A stretch of DNA of 64,000 nt, taken from NCBI GenBank assembly GCA_951406725.2, contig OX597815.1, forward strand, positions 22,754,001 to 22,818,000, in the 5' to 3' direction. This stretch comes from Octopus vulgaris (taxonomy: Eukaryota). Under the pieces are notes generated by a model, which saw only the letters and a list, made by a program, of their open reading frames with translations, was not told the DNA's origin and searched no databases. How positions within the stretch are numbered: position 1 is the first letter of the stretch; each line of letters starts with the position of its first letter. Both the position numbers and the translations under genes were made by a program. Below are positions 1 through 12,584 of the stretch, piece after piece.

Positions 1-329
1 AGTTTTTGAGCCTGGTACATATTCGGTCTGTCTCGTTTGAGAGATGTAAACAAACCAACACTGGTTTTTAAGCAGTGGTGAGGGTCAAACATAATACAAA
101 CGCAAAGACAAACCAATAGACATATGCATATTTATACAGACATCAGGGGAGAGCTAGATATGCTCAGTATAGAAAACACGTAGTAGTAACTAAAAAATGC
201 CAATTCTTCATCCAAGGCGAGGCCCACAGTAACAAGAGTAGCTATAAGAGAAATCCAAAACGAGCTGATATGGATGTACTAATGCGGATAAAGACAATTA
301 GGGTTGACATATCTCTGTACAAATACATT

Positions 330-364
330 CACGCACACATACGTACATACATACATACATACAT

Positions 365-395
<31 letters not shown>

Positions 396-467
396 TACAT
401 ACATACATACATACATACATACATACATACATACATACATACATACATACATACATACATACATACA
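330..467. repeat. (TACA)n/(CA)n microsatellite
   Basis: Seen directly. Confidence 0.95.
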
Positions 468-474
468 TGTTTCT

Positions 475-1295
475 GATAACATTTCAAAAGGAATATTCAA
501 GGAAGATAGTCTTTTTGTACTTTGTTTGCACTGAATCCATTATCGTTCCTACTGCAGAAAACAAATGGTCACAGGCTAGGAGCTTCAACTCCTAGAAATG
601 TCAATGTAACTCATAATTTATTTGTAGACGACCTGAAGGTTTAAGCTAAAAGTGTTAACAATGCAAAAAAAAAAACACAACTGGAATTAATAACAATATA
701 TACAGCTGATATAGGCATGGAATTTGGCCAAAAGAAATGTTCATATTTGGTTATAGAACGAAAAAGTCAGTCCCCCGAACCCAAAACCTGTGCATCAACA
801 GTCTCTCTATCTCCTCCATTCCACACAAAGAATGTTACAAGTACTTATGCATAGAAGAAAACGTATCATATGAAGGTACTGTGAATAAAGATAGAGTGAC
901 CCGAGAATATTACATAAGAAAATATGGCAGTTGAAACTCTCCTCTTACATCAAAACAAAATCCCACAATATATTTGCAGTACCAGTGCTGATCCGAACTT
1001 TTGGGATACTTGATTGGTCTGAAGAGGAAATCCACTCCATAAATATCAAAACCCGCAAAATCCTGACGACAACTGACAACTTCCACAGAAACAGTGATGT
1101 TGATAGGCTCTACCTAAGAAGAAATGAAGGTGTTAGAGGCCTGAGATCAGTACAGACGGCCTTCGAATGCCGCATGGTATCACTCAAGCAATACCTCCTA
1201 AACAACAGTGGCAAAAATAAATATATAAATGCAGTGCTGAAAAGTGAAGTGAGTAACATTGTACGAGTTATTGTACGAAATACAGGTACTACTAA
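475..1295 (+). mobile_element. Degenerate non-LTR retrotransposon RT fragment, R4/Dong-like
   Basis: GIFQ(G)DSL, LNPLS, HNLFVDDLKV, YKYLCIEE, FAVPVLIRTFGILDW, KTRKIL, SDVDRLYLRRNEGVRGL; frameshifts and stops present. Confidence 0.75.
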
Positions 1296-1300
1296 TTTTT

Positions 1301-1660
<360 letters not shown>

Positions 1661-2486
1661 AATATTGTTGTTTATGTAATGATCTAATTATCGTAATTTT
1701 CTATATTATAAGATATTAAATTTAAGTTTATTCGTAAGATACTACTTAGCGATAGATTTGTTATTTGATAGCAAGCATACGAGGTGTATTAAGTTAGGCT
1801 TTTGTATATGCATGTTTTAATAGTATTAATTGTAATTTTAAATTTATAATTAAATTAGATAAACTTTGATAAATTTAGATATGTTTCGACTAAAGATTGG
1901 TCCAGGCCATGTCTAATTTAATAGCATAACTTAGTTATTTCTTTAAATTGATATTCGCTAGTTATCCCCATTGATAATTATATTTATAGTATTCATAGTA
2001 TTTATTCGATACTATATTACTAGGAATTGATTATTTCTATAAGTATTTTACATAAGATTTCCGAAAGTTCGTTTAAGTTTGTTTATTTGTATTTTGTAAT
2101 TAGCTATTTCATCTTTAAATATGAAAAATTAATTTATTAGGTTTTTATTATATGTGCATATATATTTATTTATAGATATTATTTTAGATCTTAATTATAA
2201 TATTTATATACATTTATATATTTTCATTGATAATTTATATATATTAGTCATTTTTTAATATTTATGTAAATAGATATAGACTAATACCGATATTAGATTA
2301 TTGGTGGGTTTCCTACCTTATAAATTAAAATTAATATTTAACATTATAGTCGATTTTGATATAATCATAATTGTTAAGTTTTATGTTTCTAGTTTGATAA
2401 TAGAGTTTATTATAAGTAAAATTATTATATTATTTATATCTTAAAAATATTGTTTAAATATTTCTCATTATATTTTACATATTTCA

Positions 2487-2560
2487 ATTAATCTGAAGAT
2501 TGACTGTAACCATAACTCGAATTATTACGAATTGTACAGCAATGAAACGATCGTAGTGTT
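2487..2560 (+). ncRNA. Type I hammerhead-ribozyme-like motif in an AT-rich element (1660-2797) flanked by (TA)n
   Basis: CTGAAGA (2493-2499), stem II TTG(A)CTGTA/TACAGCAA, GAAAC-GATC-GTA (2544-2555); stem I is weak. Confidence 0.5.
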
Positions 2561-2790
2561 TTACTCTTTATCTTTTATTAAACTTTTTATACTTTTGATA
2601 TATATTTAAAATAATATAAATTAATTCATTTTATGTATTGGCTTATGTTTTTCATTATTTGATTTGCCTAATAGTGGTTTTATCTCTAATTTAATATAAT
2701 ATAATATAATATATTTTACTATAAAATTGGATTTAATCCTAAATCTGATTTTTCCCTGTAAGTTTGGATTTATTCCCTAATATTTTATAA

Positions 2791-2842
<52 letters not shown>

Positions 2843-2989
2843 GCTTTATGACCGGTCATAACATTTAACTTCCTAATATATATGTCTAAATTAGCAAGGG
2901 CGGGTATTAGCTGGATTGCATTATCTGCACACACAACAGGAATATTGGGTACAAATACCCCTACATGCGATAGGTGAACCAGCCTGGTT

Positions 2990-4790
2990 TCCTTTTCTCT
3001 TGTCTTGAGAGTTCGAAAGATCTATCCGGCCAGACGTCTGCGTTTTATTGCTAACTTTGTAATATGCACTTGGAAAAATGTATCATTACTCATGTCGATG
3101 CCCAGGTCGCGCACTGATTTTGATTCGGGAATTGGAATCCCTCCAGGGCCAGTGTATCCTATCTGCTTTTCATTGAGCTTTCTGTGTTGGTAGCGCAAAG
3201 CCTGGAATTTCCCAGCATTAAACTACATCTTATTTTCCTCATCCCATCTGTATATTGCGTCCGACTCACGTTGTTGATGCACAACGACTCGAGGGTCTTG
3301 TATCCTCTAAGAAACTTTTGCATCGTCTGTATAGCTAGCAAGGGTGGCTACTTGAACAGCTGAGGGCATGTCAGAGAGGGCCACTATGAATAGCAGCGGT
3401 CCCATGACAGTGCCCTGTGGAACACCACTCATTATTTGTGTTTCCTCAGAGGTGACCCCATTGACCACCACTCCCTGACTTTTTTTCTTTTAGAAGGTCA
3501 CGTAACCATTCTCCAAGTTTTCCGACTATACCAAGATTTCGAAGTTTGTGACAAATCATACCATGGTTGACTTTAGCACCCAGTCGTAATTCTCCAAGAG
3601 CTGTGTCAGGCAGTTTCTATCTGGTCGAAAACCATGTTGGGTGTCAGTCAGCAAGTCAGTCTCTTCAAGGAATGCAATAAATTTCCTTCGGACTATTCGT
3701 TCTATGACTTTGTTGATGTGTGGGGTCAGGGAGATAGGCCTATAGGTTTTAGCATTTGCTTGCTTCCTCCTTTATAGATAGGGTATATTATTCCCTGCTT
3801 TATTTTGTCCGGGAGCTTAACATTTGCAAGGAAGCTCTGAAAAAGTAACTGCAATGGTTTTGCAAGGACTCGTTCGCATGACTTGAGAAGGATTGCTGAG
3901 AATCTATTATGGCTAGCAGCTGAGTTTGCATCTCTATCATCTATTGCCAGCATTATATCCTTTTCTTCGATGTTGATGTAATCAATTGTTACTGCCTCCC
4001 ATTCAGCTTCTGTAGCGATGGAGAATTCTCTACCGGTTTGCTAACTTGCATGTGCCGTAAGGGTGGGGTAAAGACACTTTTGAACTGTTCATTCAGTGTT
4101 TGACTTATCCTTATTGGGTTTCCCGTAAGGGACTCGTCTTTTTGTAGGATTGTCCCTGCCCTACAGTATATGGAGGCAGTTTCCTTGGCGTACTTAAAGA
4201 AGTCTTTAGGGTCTGATTTTATATTTCTTATGGCCCATGCTCCTCTGTTTGATTTTTTCTTCTCATGGAAGTGCTTCAGTTGTTTCTCAGTCCCAAGTAG
4301 TGCTGTTTCCAGGCGGAGTTTCTCACTCCCGTTGAGTTCTCTGTTGAGGCAGTTTTCAGTTTTTGTACTCCGTCTCATAAGAACTTTTCTCTCCCTAGGA
4401 ATCTTGTTTTTATGTGCAGTGGGGAAAAAATTGTAGCATATGGCTTGCATTACAAACATGAACATTTTCAATTTCATGTCTATGTCATGTGTAGAGAGAC
4501 ATTGGAACCAGTACCGTTTGGTGATCTCTTTTTCAATCGATTTCCAGTCTGCTGTTCAAATTGGAGAGATTTTGGGGGCTTCTCATAGGCTGAACGTCTG
4601 TGGGTTCGTTTGGTCCATACATAGTCAGCGCTATTATGTTCTGATCCGAGATATATATATAGTGTCGGTGTCACTTTCACATTATGGATGAGATATACAT
4701 TGCTTGTGAAGCAGAGATTCAAGTATATGGTTTGCCCTAGTTGGTTGATGTATTATTTGCTCCATATACAACTATGATGTTGTTGAGGAA
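2990..4790 (-). mobile_element. Degenerate CR1/L2-group LINE ORF2 fragment
   Basis: ILLKSC..LAKPL, PIYKGGS, YRPISLT, QHGFRP, SGVPQGTVMGPLLF; many disablements. Confidence 0.85.
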
Positions 4791-4888
4791 ACATGTCCTT
4801 TGTCTATCTACTTATCCTCTTTGTGATTTTGGTTAATAGAAAAACTGTACAAATGAATCCTTCGAATTTAACTAAATTCTATATTTTT

Positions 4889-4978
4889 ATGCAGTTGAAG
4901 ATTGCACAACATTTTAAAACTGATGTAGTATTTGCATTGTTCAATTAAATGGAGTCGCATGAAACGATCGTACTGCAT
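4889..4978 (+). ncRNA. Type I hammerhead-ribozyme-like motif
   Basis: Stem I ATGCAG/CTGCAT closes TTGAAGA, a long stem II and GAAAC-GATC-GTA; homologous to 18371-18458. Confidence 0.6.
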
Positions 4979-5106
4979 TACCTCTGGATAAACTTATTGC
5001 TTATTTTAATTGTAATCACCCCATTTTGAATTATATGGATAATACCATACTAAATTCTGGTGCCTTTAACTTAAGTACCATATTCAACTGAATCTAAATT
5101 TTACTG

Positions 5107-5169
<63 letters not shown>

Positions 5170-5171
<2 letters not shown>

Positions 5172-5332
5172 ACACGACGCGCTTCTTTCAGTTTTCGTCA
5201 ATAAAATTTGCTCACAAGGCTTTGGCCGGCCTGAGGCTATAGTAGAAGACGCTTGCCCAAGGTGCCACGTAGTAGGACTGAACCCAGGACCATGTGGTTG
5301 GGAAGTAAGCTTCTTACAGCCACTCCCGCCTC
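5170..5332 (-). mobile_element. tRNA-derived SINE family A, 5' half, between (TA)n tracts
   Basis: Matches 8530-8703. Confidence 0.85.
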
Positions 5333-5334
5333 TG

Positions 5335-5391
<57 letters not shown>

Positions 5392-5537
5392 TTTATTTTA
5401 AGCAGCAGAAAATTCAACAAAATCTGTTACTCTGAGTTTCTCGTTGCCGTTCATCAGACAGTTTTTGCTAGAATGGAACTTATATATTAATTCAATCTAT
5501 ACTCTTACAAACGCTACACCTTTAAAAAGAAATGGAC

Positions 5538-5596
<59 letters not shown>

Positions 5597-5669
5597 GTGT
5601 GTATATATATATATATATGTATATATATAAATATATTTATATATCTATACGCATATAGACACATAGATA

Positions 5670-5716
<47 letters not shown>

Positions 5717-5734
5717 ATATATATGTGTGTATAT

Positions 5735-5945
5735 GTGTGTGTGTGTCCTTTGTGTTTTGGTCACTACCACAGCTGGAAAACTGGTATTCGTTTTTTTACA
5801 TCCCCATAACGTAGCAGTTCGGCAAAGGAGCCCGATAGAATAAATGCCATGTTTTAAAAAGTAAGTACTGATGCCAATATGTTCGAATAAACCCTTCAAT
5901 GCGGCGCCCTAGCAGGAGCACATTCCAATGACTGAGACCAGCAAA
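5735..5945 (+). mobile_element. SINE family A 3' half (diverged)
   Basis: Reverse-complement similarity to 8270-8480. Confidence 0.7.
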
Positions 5946-6733
5946 AAGTTTTAAATTATTTTTTTGGAAAATACGAAATTTGGCGCCCGATGTAATCGTT
6001 ATCCAGTTTATATGATGTCTTACTGGTTCAACAAACTTTGAACAATATTATATAGCATTCAAGTTTCTCAAACGAAACAAAACAGATATATGAGCCGCTG
6101 TCATTTTTATATCGAGTGAACCTATAGTAAAAAGCATTCTAACTATGACCATCCCATCAGATTTTGAGAAATTAGTGTATCTACCCCTATTTGTACATTA
6201 TTGCATATACTCTATACGCACTTTCTGACAAGTTGTGGTGCACCTGAGCACTGTATACAATAATTTCATTATTATTTTTATTATTTAACGTCTCGATTTT
6301 TGAGACAGTCAGATGTGATTTCAGGAAGATTTGGCTGCTATTTCTAGTAAGTTGAGTGACAATGTAGCGGCTTTCTCTTATATTACTGGAGTTCCTTTCG
6401 CCGGTTGAGGGAACCGTATTTGCCGTGAAGATTTGAGCCAGTGCCAACTAACCAAGTTCAAAAAGCAGTTACTGAATTTGATAAAAGAAGAAAAATTTTG
6501 AAGGTTAGTAAGGTGGACAAGCACACTATTCAAATCTCAACACCTACAAAATTTGTCACTCAAGTTTTTTTAAACAGTAAGACGAACAACCAAACCATTA
6601 TCGATTTTGAAAGTATGGAATCAGGTTCTTCTTATTGATATTTTGCACTTACATTTCAATATTTAATAGGTTAGTTCACACACACACATACACACACACA
6701 ATATACATACACCTATGTACGTGTGTATGTATG

Positions 6734-6795
<62 letters not shown>

Positions 6796-6807
6796 TTTAT
6801 TAATTAA

Positions 6808-7210
6808 CTAGCAGTATTGCCCGGCATTGCTCGGGCTTCTTTCGACCCTTTAGAATTGGAATTTTTGAAAAGTAAAAGTTTTGCATTATGTAGCTTGTTA
6901 TTCTCTTTAAGTGAACATTTTCTGGTTGAAATACACCGAAAAATGACGACACAGCAGTCAAAAAATCGTAAAAAATAGGGATTTTCATAGAAAAAAAAAG
7001 CACCTTTTTGATGTATATAATTTTTGGTGTTAACATGGTCCGATTTGAATTTTTTCTTCTACAGAAGGAAGAGCAAGCCTTCTTCTATCATACTCTCAAT
7101 TTTGGTCAACTTGTGCCGCAGGGTCTTGATGGAGATAGTGAAGGAGATAGTGTTAGTTGAAGGCTACAAACCTGCCATACACAGACAACTTCAGCTTTAT
7201 TATAGAGAGA
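6808..7210 (-). mobile_element. Non-autonomous Helitron
   Basis: Minus strand starts TC(TCTCTATAATAAAGC) after an A. It ends with hairpin CCCGAGC-AAT-GCCGGG then CTAG followed by T. A/T insertion, no TSD. Confidence 0.8.
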
Positions 7211-7319
7211 TAACTTCACATTATCGTTTTGCAGATCGGACCAGTAACACGATATTTGGGATATATCTAAACTCACTAAATGTAGATGGATTATTTAACT
7301 GCTGTTGTTCTTTCTCTTT

Positions 7320-7670
7320 TCTCTTTCTCTTTTACTGTTTCAGTCATTTGACTGCCATGCTGGAGCACCGCCTTTAGTCGAGAAAACTGACCCCAGGACT
7401 TATTCTTTGTAAGCCCAGTACTTATTCTATCGGTCTCTTTTGCCGAACCACACCAGCATCGGTTGTCAAACACAGACACACAAACACACACACATACATA
7501 TATATATACGACAGGCTTCTTTCAGTTTCCGTCTACCAAATCCACTCACAAGGCATTGGTCGGCCCGGAGCTATAGCAGAACCACTTGCCCAAGATGCCA
7601 GGCAGTAGGACTGAACCCGGAGCCATGTGGTTGGTTAGCAAGCTACTTACCACACAGCCACTCCTGCGCC
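7320..7670 (-). mobile_element. SINE family A (internally deleted)
   Basis: Near-identical to 8262-8703. Confidence 0.9.
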
Positions 7671-8190
7671 ATACTTGTTGTTTAAGTTCAAGTCAGCTCT
7701 AATCTCAAAAGTGCTCCTGACATCTACACAAAATTCTGGCACAACACTGTCGAATAAATAAGTTCTTCCCTTTTTTTAAAGGAATTCCGTCCCTATTCTT
7801 ATGGATAACAAAAGAAGAAGATTCGATTATGTTGATATGATTCAATTAAGTAGAACATAAACATTGAGAGATAGAATTCAAAATTATACTTGCCGAAGAT
7901 AGAACTTATCTAGCTGGAGTAAAATACCAATTTGTGCAGAAATAAACTTATAAGTATCAAATATAATGACATTTAGATGAATGCCAATGTAAACTGTTCC
8001 ATTCAAAACGGGAGCAGACGATAAGAGAAGACAACTCAGGTAACATGGGGAATTGCAGTTATTTCCCTTACATTTATAATATAGGTTATATACACACACA
8101 CACGCGTACATATAAAATATATACATATACACACGCACACCATATATGTATGTATACACGCACGCACGCGCACAGACACACACACACATA

Positions 8191-9230
8191 CAGGGATTGG
8201 ACAAAATAATAGAAACACCTAGCATCATAATTTTGAAATATCTACAAAACCGTCAAAAGCTTACTCTTACTCTTTTACTATCTTTTACTTGTTTCAGTCA
8301 TTTGACTGCGGCCATGCTGGAGCACCGCCTTTAGTCGAGCAAATCGACCCCAGGACTTATTCTTTGTAAGCCCAGTACTTATTCCATCGGTCTCTTTTAC
8401 CGAATCGCTAAGTGACGGCGACGTAAACACACCAGCATCGGTTGTCAAGCAATGCTAGGGGGACAAACACAGACACACAAACATACACACACACACACAC
8501 ACACACATATATATGTATATATATATATATACATATATACGACGGGCTTCTTTCAGTTTCCGTCTACCAAATCCACTCACAAGGCTTTGGTCGGCCCGAG
8601 GCTATAGTAGAAGACACTTGCCCAAGATGCCACGCAGTGGGACTGAACCCGGAACCATGTGGTTGGTAAGCAAGCTACTTACCACACAGCCACTCCTGTG
8701 CCTATTGCTTGTTTACTTTTTAAGTCTTTTTTTATTCATTATTAGTGTTGCTCAATGTTTTGCTAAAATTGCTGTTTCTTTTCAGATATCATTAGAAAAA
8801 GGTAATTAAAATTCATTAAAATAACAGCTCTATCGGACTTTCAAAGAGGTCATATTTCCAAGATATAGCCTCCCAGATCATCACATATGCTTCTCCATGT
8901 TTTAACAGTTGAAAGAAGGCAGTCTGGGTTAAATGCTTCTTTTGGCTGTCTCCACATGTTTATGCGGAAATAAGGTAAAAGATGACTCGCCCAAGGAAAT
9001 AACAGTCTTCCACTGCTCTAGAGACCAATTCTGTAGGTTTTTTACTCCACTCTAAATGCTTTGCAACGTTTGTCTTTGAAAGTAGTAATTTTCTGATTGC
9101 AGCCCTCCAGTAAAATCTGGCTTTGTGCAGCTCCCAGCAATCAGTTTTTTGTAGAAACTGGGTTCTTGAAGTGGTAATTAAACTCTGCAGTAATTTAGGG
9201 AGCTGTACTTTTGTGATCCTTTCTAACAAT
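8191..9230 (-). mobile_element. Tc1/mariner transposon relic interrupted by a SINE
   Basis: TA|CAGGGATTGGACAAAATAATAGAAACACC TIR-like end at 8191. Minus-strand remnants ELHKA.FY.RAAIRK.LLSK.N.AK.LEW, W...IF(S)DES.F, VWRQPKEA, TVKHG, VMIW. Confidence 0.8.
8262..8703 (-). mobile_element. tRNA-derived SINE family A, full length with internal (TA/TG)n
   Basis: tRNA-like head GGAGTGGCTGTGTGG...GGTTCAGTCCC and (GAGTAAAA)-like tail. Confidence 0.9.
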
Positions 9231-9399
9231 TCACATAAGACTCTGATGGTCCCTATCTGAATCCTTTCTAACAATTCGCGTATGAGTCTGATGATCCCTA
9301 TCTGAAAATTTTGGTTTTCTTCCACCACCAACATTGACCCAAGCCTACATCCCATCATGGAATGATTTGATTATTGACGCAAAGTGATCCAGACAACCA

Positions 9400-10120
9400 A
9401 GTTTGCCAAGTATTTTCCATGGGGAGGCCCTATTCACAGTATTAAAGGCCTTGGTAAAATTAATGAATACCTGGACAAGATCCTTATTCTGCTCATATGT
9501 GTGCTCATAGTACTTCTGCATCTATCTCACTGTGAAAATCATATCCATCGTTCCTCTTCCTGAACGGAAACCAGATTGAGATTCAGATAGGACATCATTT
9601 AAAAGACATCTATTCAAGCGGGTAAGAAAAATACTTGCCAGAACCTTGCCAGCAGCTGAAATTAGAGCAATACCTTTGTAGTTGCCATACTCTGCTCTGG
9701 TTCCCTTTCCTTTACAGAGAGGAAGAATAATTGCATCCTTCCAAGCTTTAGGCATTACACCATCCCTCCAGATTACACTAAGTTCATGAAGGGACACTGT
9801 GATGTGACCACCTCCAAATCGCAGGACCTCAGCACAAATACCATCCCTACCAGGTGCCTTACCAAGATTCAATTTACTTATTGCTATCATTACCTCATCT
9901 ATTGAGGGTGTAGAATATAGAAGCTAATGACAACCACTGCTTCATCCACAACTGACTCACGGTTTAGGGGTTCAGAAAAATGTTTAATCCAGCCACCTGT
10001 GATCACTGTTGATTTAGTAAATAGAGTAGAAGACTCCTTGGAAAGCAAAGCAGGGATCTGATGCAGAGCTCTGAGGCCCATAAACCTGCTTCATAAGATG
10101 ATAAAGTAGTATATCCCAGT
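9400..10120 (-). mobile_element. RTE/BovB-like LINE RT fragment
   Basis: KAPGRDGI.AE, WKDAII..L.KGKG, NYKGIAL...GKV, ESQSGFR.GRGT.DMIF, F..F.KAF. Confidence 0.88.
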
Positions 10121-10189
10121 GTTTCAGTAGCACATTGAAAAACCTGGTTTCGAGAATATATATATATATATATATACATACATACATTC

Positions 10190-10590
10190 TTTTATTTCTT
10201 TTAGTCTTTTAGTCATTTGACTGTGGCCATGCTGGAGTACCGCCTTTAGTTGAACAAATCGACCCCAGGACTTATTCTTTGTAAGCCTAGTACTTATTCT
10301 ATTGGTTCCTTTTGCATAACTGCTAAGTAATTGGGACGTAAACACACCAACATCGGTTGTCAAACACTGACACACACTCACATATATCAAAAGATATATA
10401 TATATACACACATACACACACACATACAACAGGCTTCTTTCAGTTTTTATCTACCAGATCCAATCACAAAGCTTTTGTCGGCCCAAGGCTATAGTAGAAG
10501 ACACTTGCTCAAGAAGGTGCAACACGGTGGGACTGAACACGGAACCATGTGGTTTGTAAGCAAACTTCTTACCATACATCCACTCCTGCA
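10190..10590 (-). mobile_element. SINE family A
   Basis: Similarity to 8262-8703. Confidence 0.88.
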
Positions 10591-10636
10591 TCTATGTGTG
10601 TGTGTGCATGTATACATATATACATATATGTGTGTG

Positions 10637-10670
<34 letters not shown>

Positions 10671-10673
<3 letters not shown>

Positions 10674-12236
10674 ATGCTGATGACCTAGCTCTAATTGCTG
10701 AGTCGCTATCAGAACTGGAGGAGAAGTTTCAGGTGTGGAAACAAGGATTAGAATCGAAGGGCCTCAGAGTCAATCTAGCTAAAACCAAAGTCGTAATCAG
10801 TAGGAAGGTAGACAAATCACAAACACCTTCAGGTAGATGGCCCTGCTCGATCTGTAGAAAAGGTGTAGGTAGAAACTCTATAAGATGCACCAAGTGTAAG
10901 CTATGGACACATAAGAGATGCAGCAATGTCAAAGGAAGGCTAACTAGGAAGATGGTTTTTGTATGTGGCAGATGCTCAGGAACAATAAACACTGAAAATG
11001 CTCTGAGACCAACTTCTGTCACTTTCCAGGGAGAAAAACTAGAAATAGTTGATAGTTTCCGTTACCTAGGTGACCAAGTCAGCAGCGGGGCGGGTGTGCT
11101 GAAAGTGTAACTGCTAGAGTAAGAATAGCTTGGGCAAAGTTCAGAGAGCTCTTACCTCTGCTGGTGACAAAAGGCCTCTCGCACAGAGTGAAAGGCAGAC
11201 TGTATGATGCGTGTGTACGAACAGCCATGCTACATGGCAGTGAAACATGGGCCGTGACTGCTGAGGATATGCGTAAGCTCGCTAGAAATGAAGCCAGTAT
11301 GCTCCGATGGATGTGTAATGCCAGTACTCACACTCGGCAGAGTGTAAGTACCTTGAGAGAAAAGCTGGACCTAAGAAGCATCAGTTGTGGTGTGCAAGAG
11401 AGACGTTTGCGCTGGTATGGTCATGTGGCGAGAATGGATGAAGATAGTTGTGTGAAAAAGTGCCACACCCTAGCGGTTGAGGGAACCTGTGGAAGAGGCA
11501 GACCCAGGAAAACCTGGGACGATGTGGTGAAGCACGACCTTCGAACTTTAGGTCTCACCGAGGAAATGACTAGAGACCGAGACCTCTGGAAGTGTGCTGT
11601 GCGCGAGAAGACCCGGCAGGACAAGTGAGTCCACAACCCGTGGCCTTCTACATGGGATGGAGCCAGCCTACGTATGCATACCTTCCCTTCTTGGGACACA
11701 AAACTCTACTTGTGAAGACGTGTTGAGGCAAGTGAGGATCAGAATCGAAATCGATCAATGGAAATTGCGGATGTGCTACCAGTGCCGGTGGCATGTCGAA
11801 ACTCTGCTTGTGAAGACCCATTGAGGCAAGTGAGGATCAGAATCGAAATCGATCAATGGAAATCGATCAATGGAAATTGCAGATGTGTTACCAGTGCCGG
11901 TGGCATGTAAGAGAACCTTCCGTTTCGCGACCGTTGCCAGCACCGCCCCGTTTCGTGTTCGTTGCCAGCCTCGCCTGGCCCTCGTGCCGGTGGCACATAA
12001 AAAACACCATCCGTTCGTGGCCGTTTGCCAGCTCTGGCTGGCACCAGTGCGGGTGGCACGTAAAAAGCACCCACTACACTCACGGAGTGGTTGGCGTTAG
12101 GAAGGGCATCCAGCCGTAGAAACACTGCCAGATTTGACTGGGCCTGATGAAGCCTTCTGGCTTCACAGACCCCAGCAGAACCGTCCAACCCATGCTAGCA
12201 TGGAAAACGGACGCTAAATGATGATGATGATGATGA

Positions 12237-12240
<4 letters not shown>
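10671..12240 (+). mobile_element. 5'-truncated RTE-clade LINE: RT C-terminal part with PHD finger, 3'UTR and (GAT)n tail
   Basis: YADD, KTKV, FRYLG, HGSETW, RRLRWYGHV, GRGRPRKTW; stop at 11628; one frameshift near 11090; (TA)n on both sides. Confidence 0.93.
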
Positions 12241-12272
<32 letters not shown>

Positions 12273-12274
12273 GT

Positions 12275-12562
12275 AGCCGTTGCCAGCGCCGCCCCGACTG
12301 GCCTCTGTGCCGGTGGCACGTAAAAGCACCATCCGTTCGTGGCCGTTTGCCAGCTCTGTCTGGCACCTGTGTGTGTGGCACGTAAAAAGCACCCACTACA
12401 CTCATGGAGTGGTTGGTGTTAGGAAGGGCATCCAGCCGTAGAAACACTGCCAGATCAGACTGGGCCTGATGCAGCCTTCTGGCTTCACAGAACCCAGTTG
12501 AACCGTCCAACCCATGCTAGCATGGAAAGCGGACGCTAAATGATGATGATGATGATGATGAT
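12275..12562 (+). mobile_element. RTE 3'-end copy (tandem second copy)
   Basis: Matches 11930-12240 including the (GAT)n tail. Confidence 0.9.
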
Positions 12563-12584
12563 GTATGACATATATATATATATT

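Noticed and set aside
270-534. ORFs with HTYI/MYVC repeats, and similar YIYI, poly-I/L and poly-N ORFs at 1393, 5094, 18408-18946, 26031-26389, 30476-30904, 33129-33410 and 43198
   Set aside because: These are translations of microsatellites, not proteins
9215-9305. ~45-bp tandem duplication in ORF 8960..9358
   Set aside because: A local duplication in a dead Tc1 relic; the ORF is a chimeric read-through, not a gene
12118-12185. GAAAC...CTGATGA in the RTE 3'UTR as a possible ribozyme
   Set aside because: Most other copies read CTGGTGCA and no compatible stems are present
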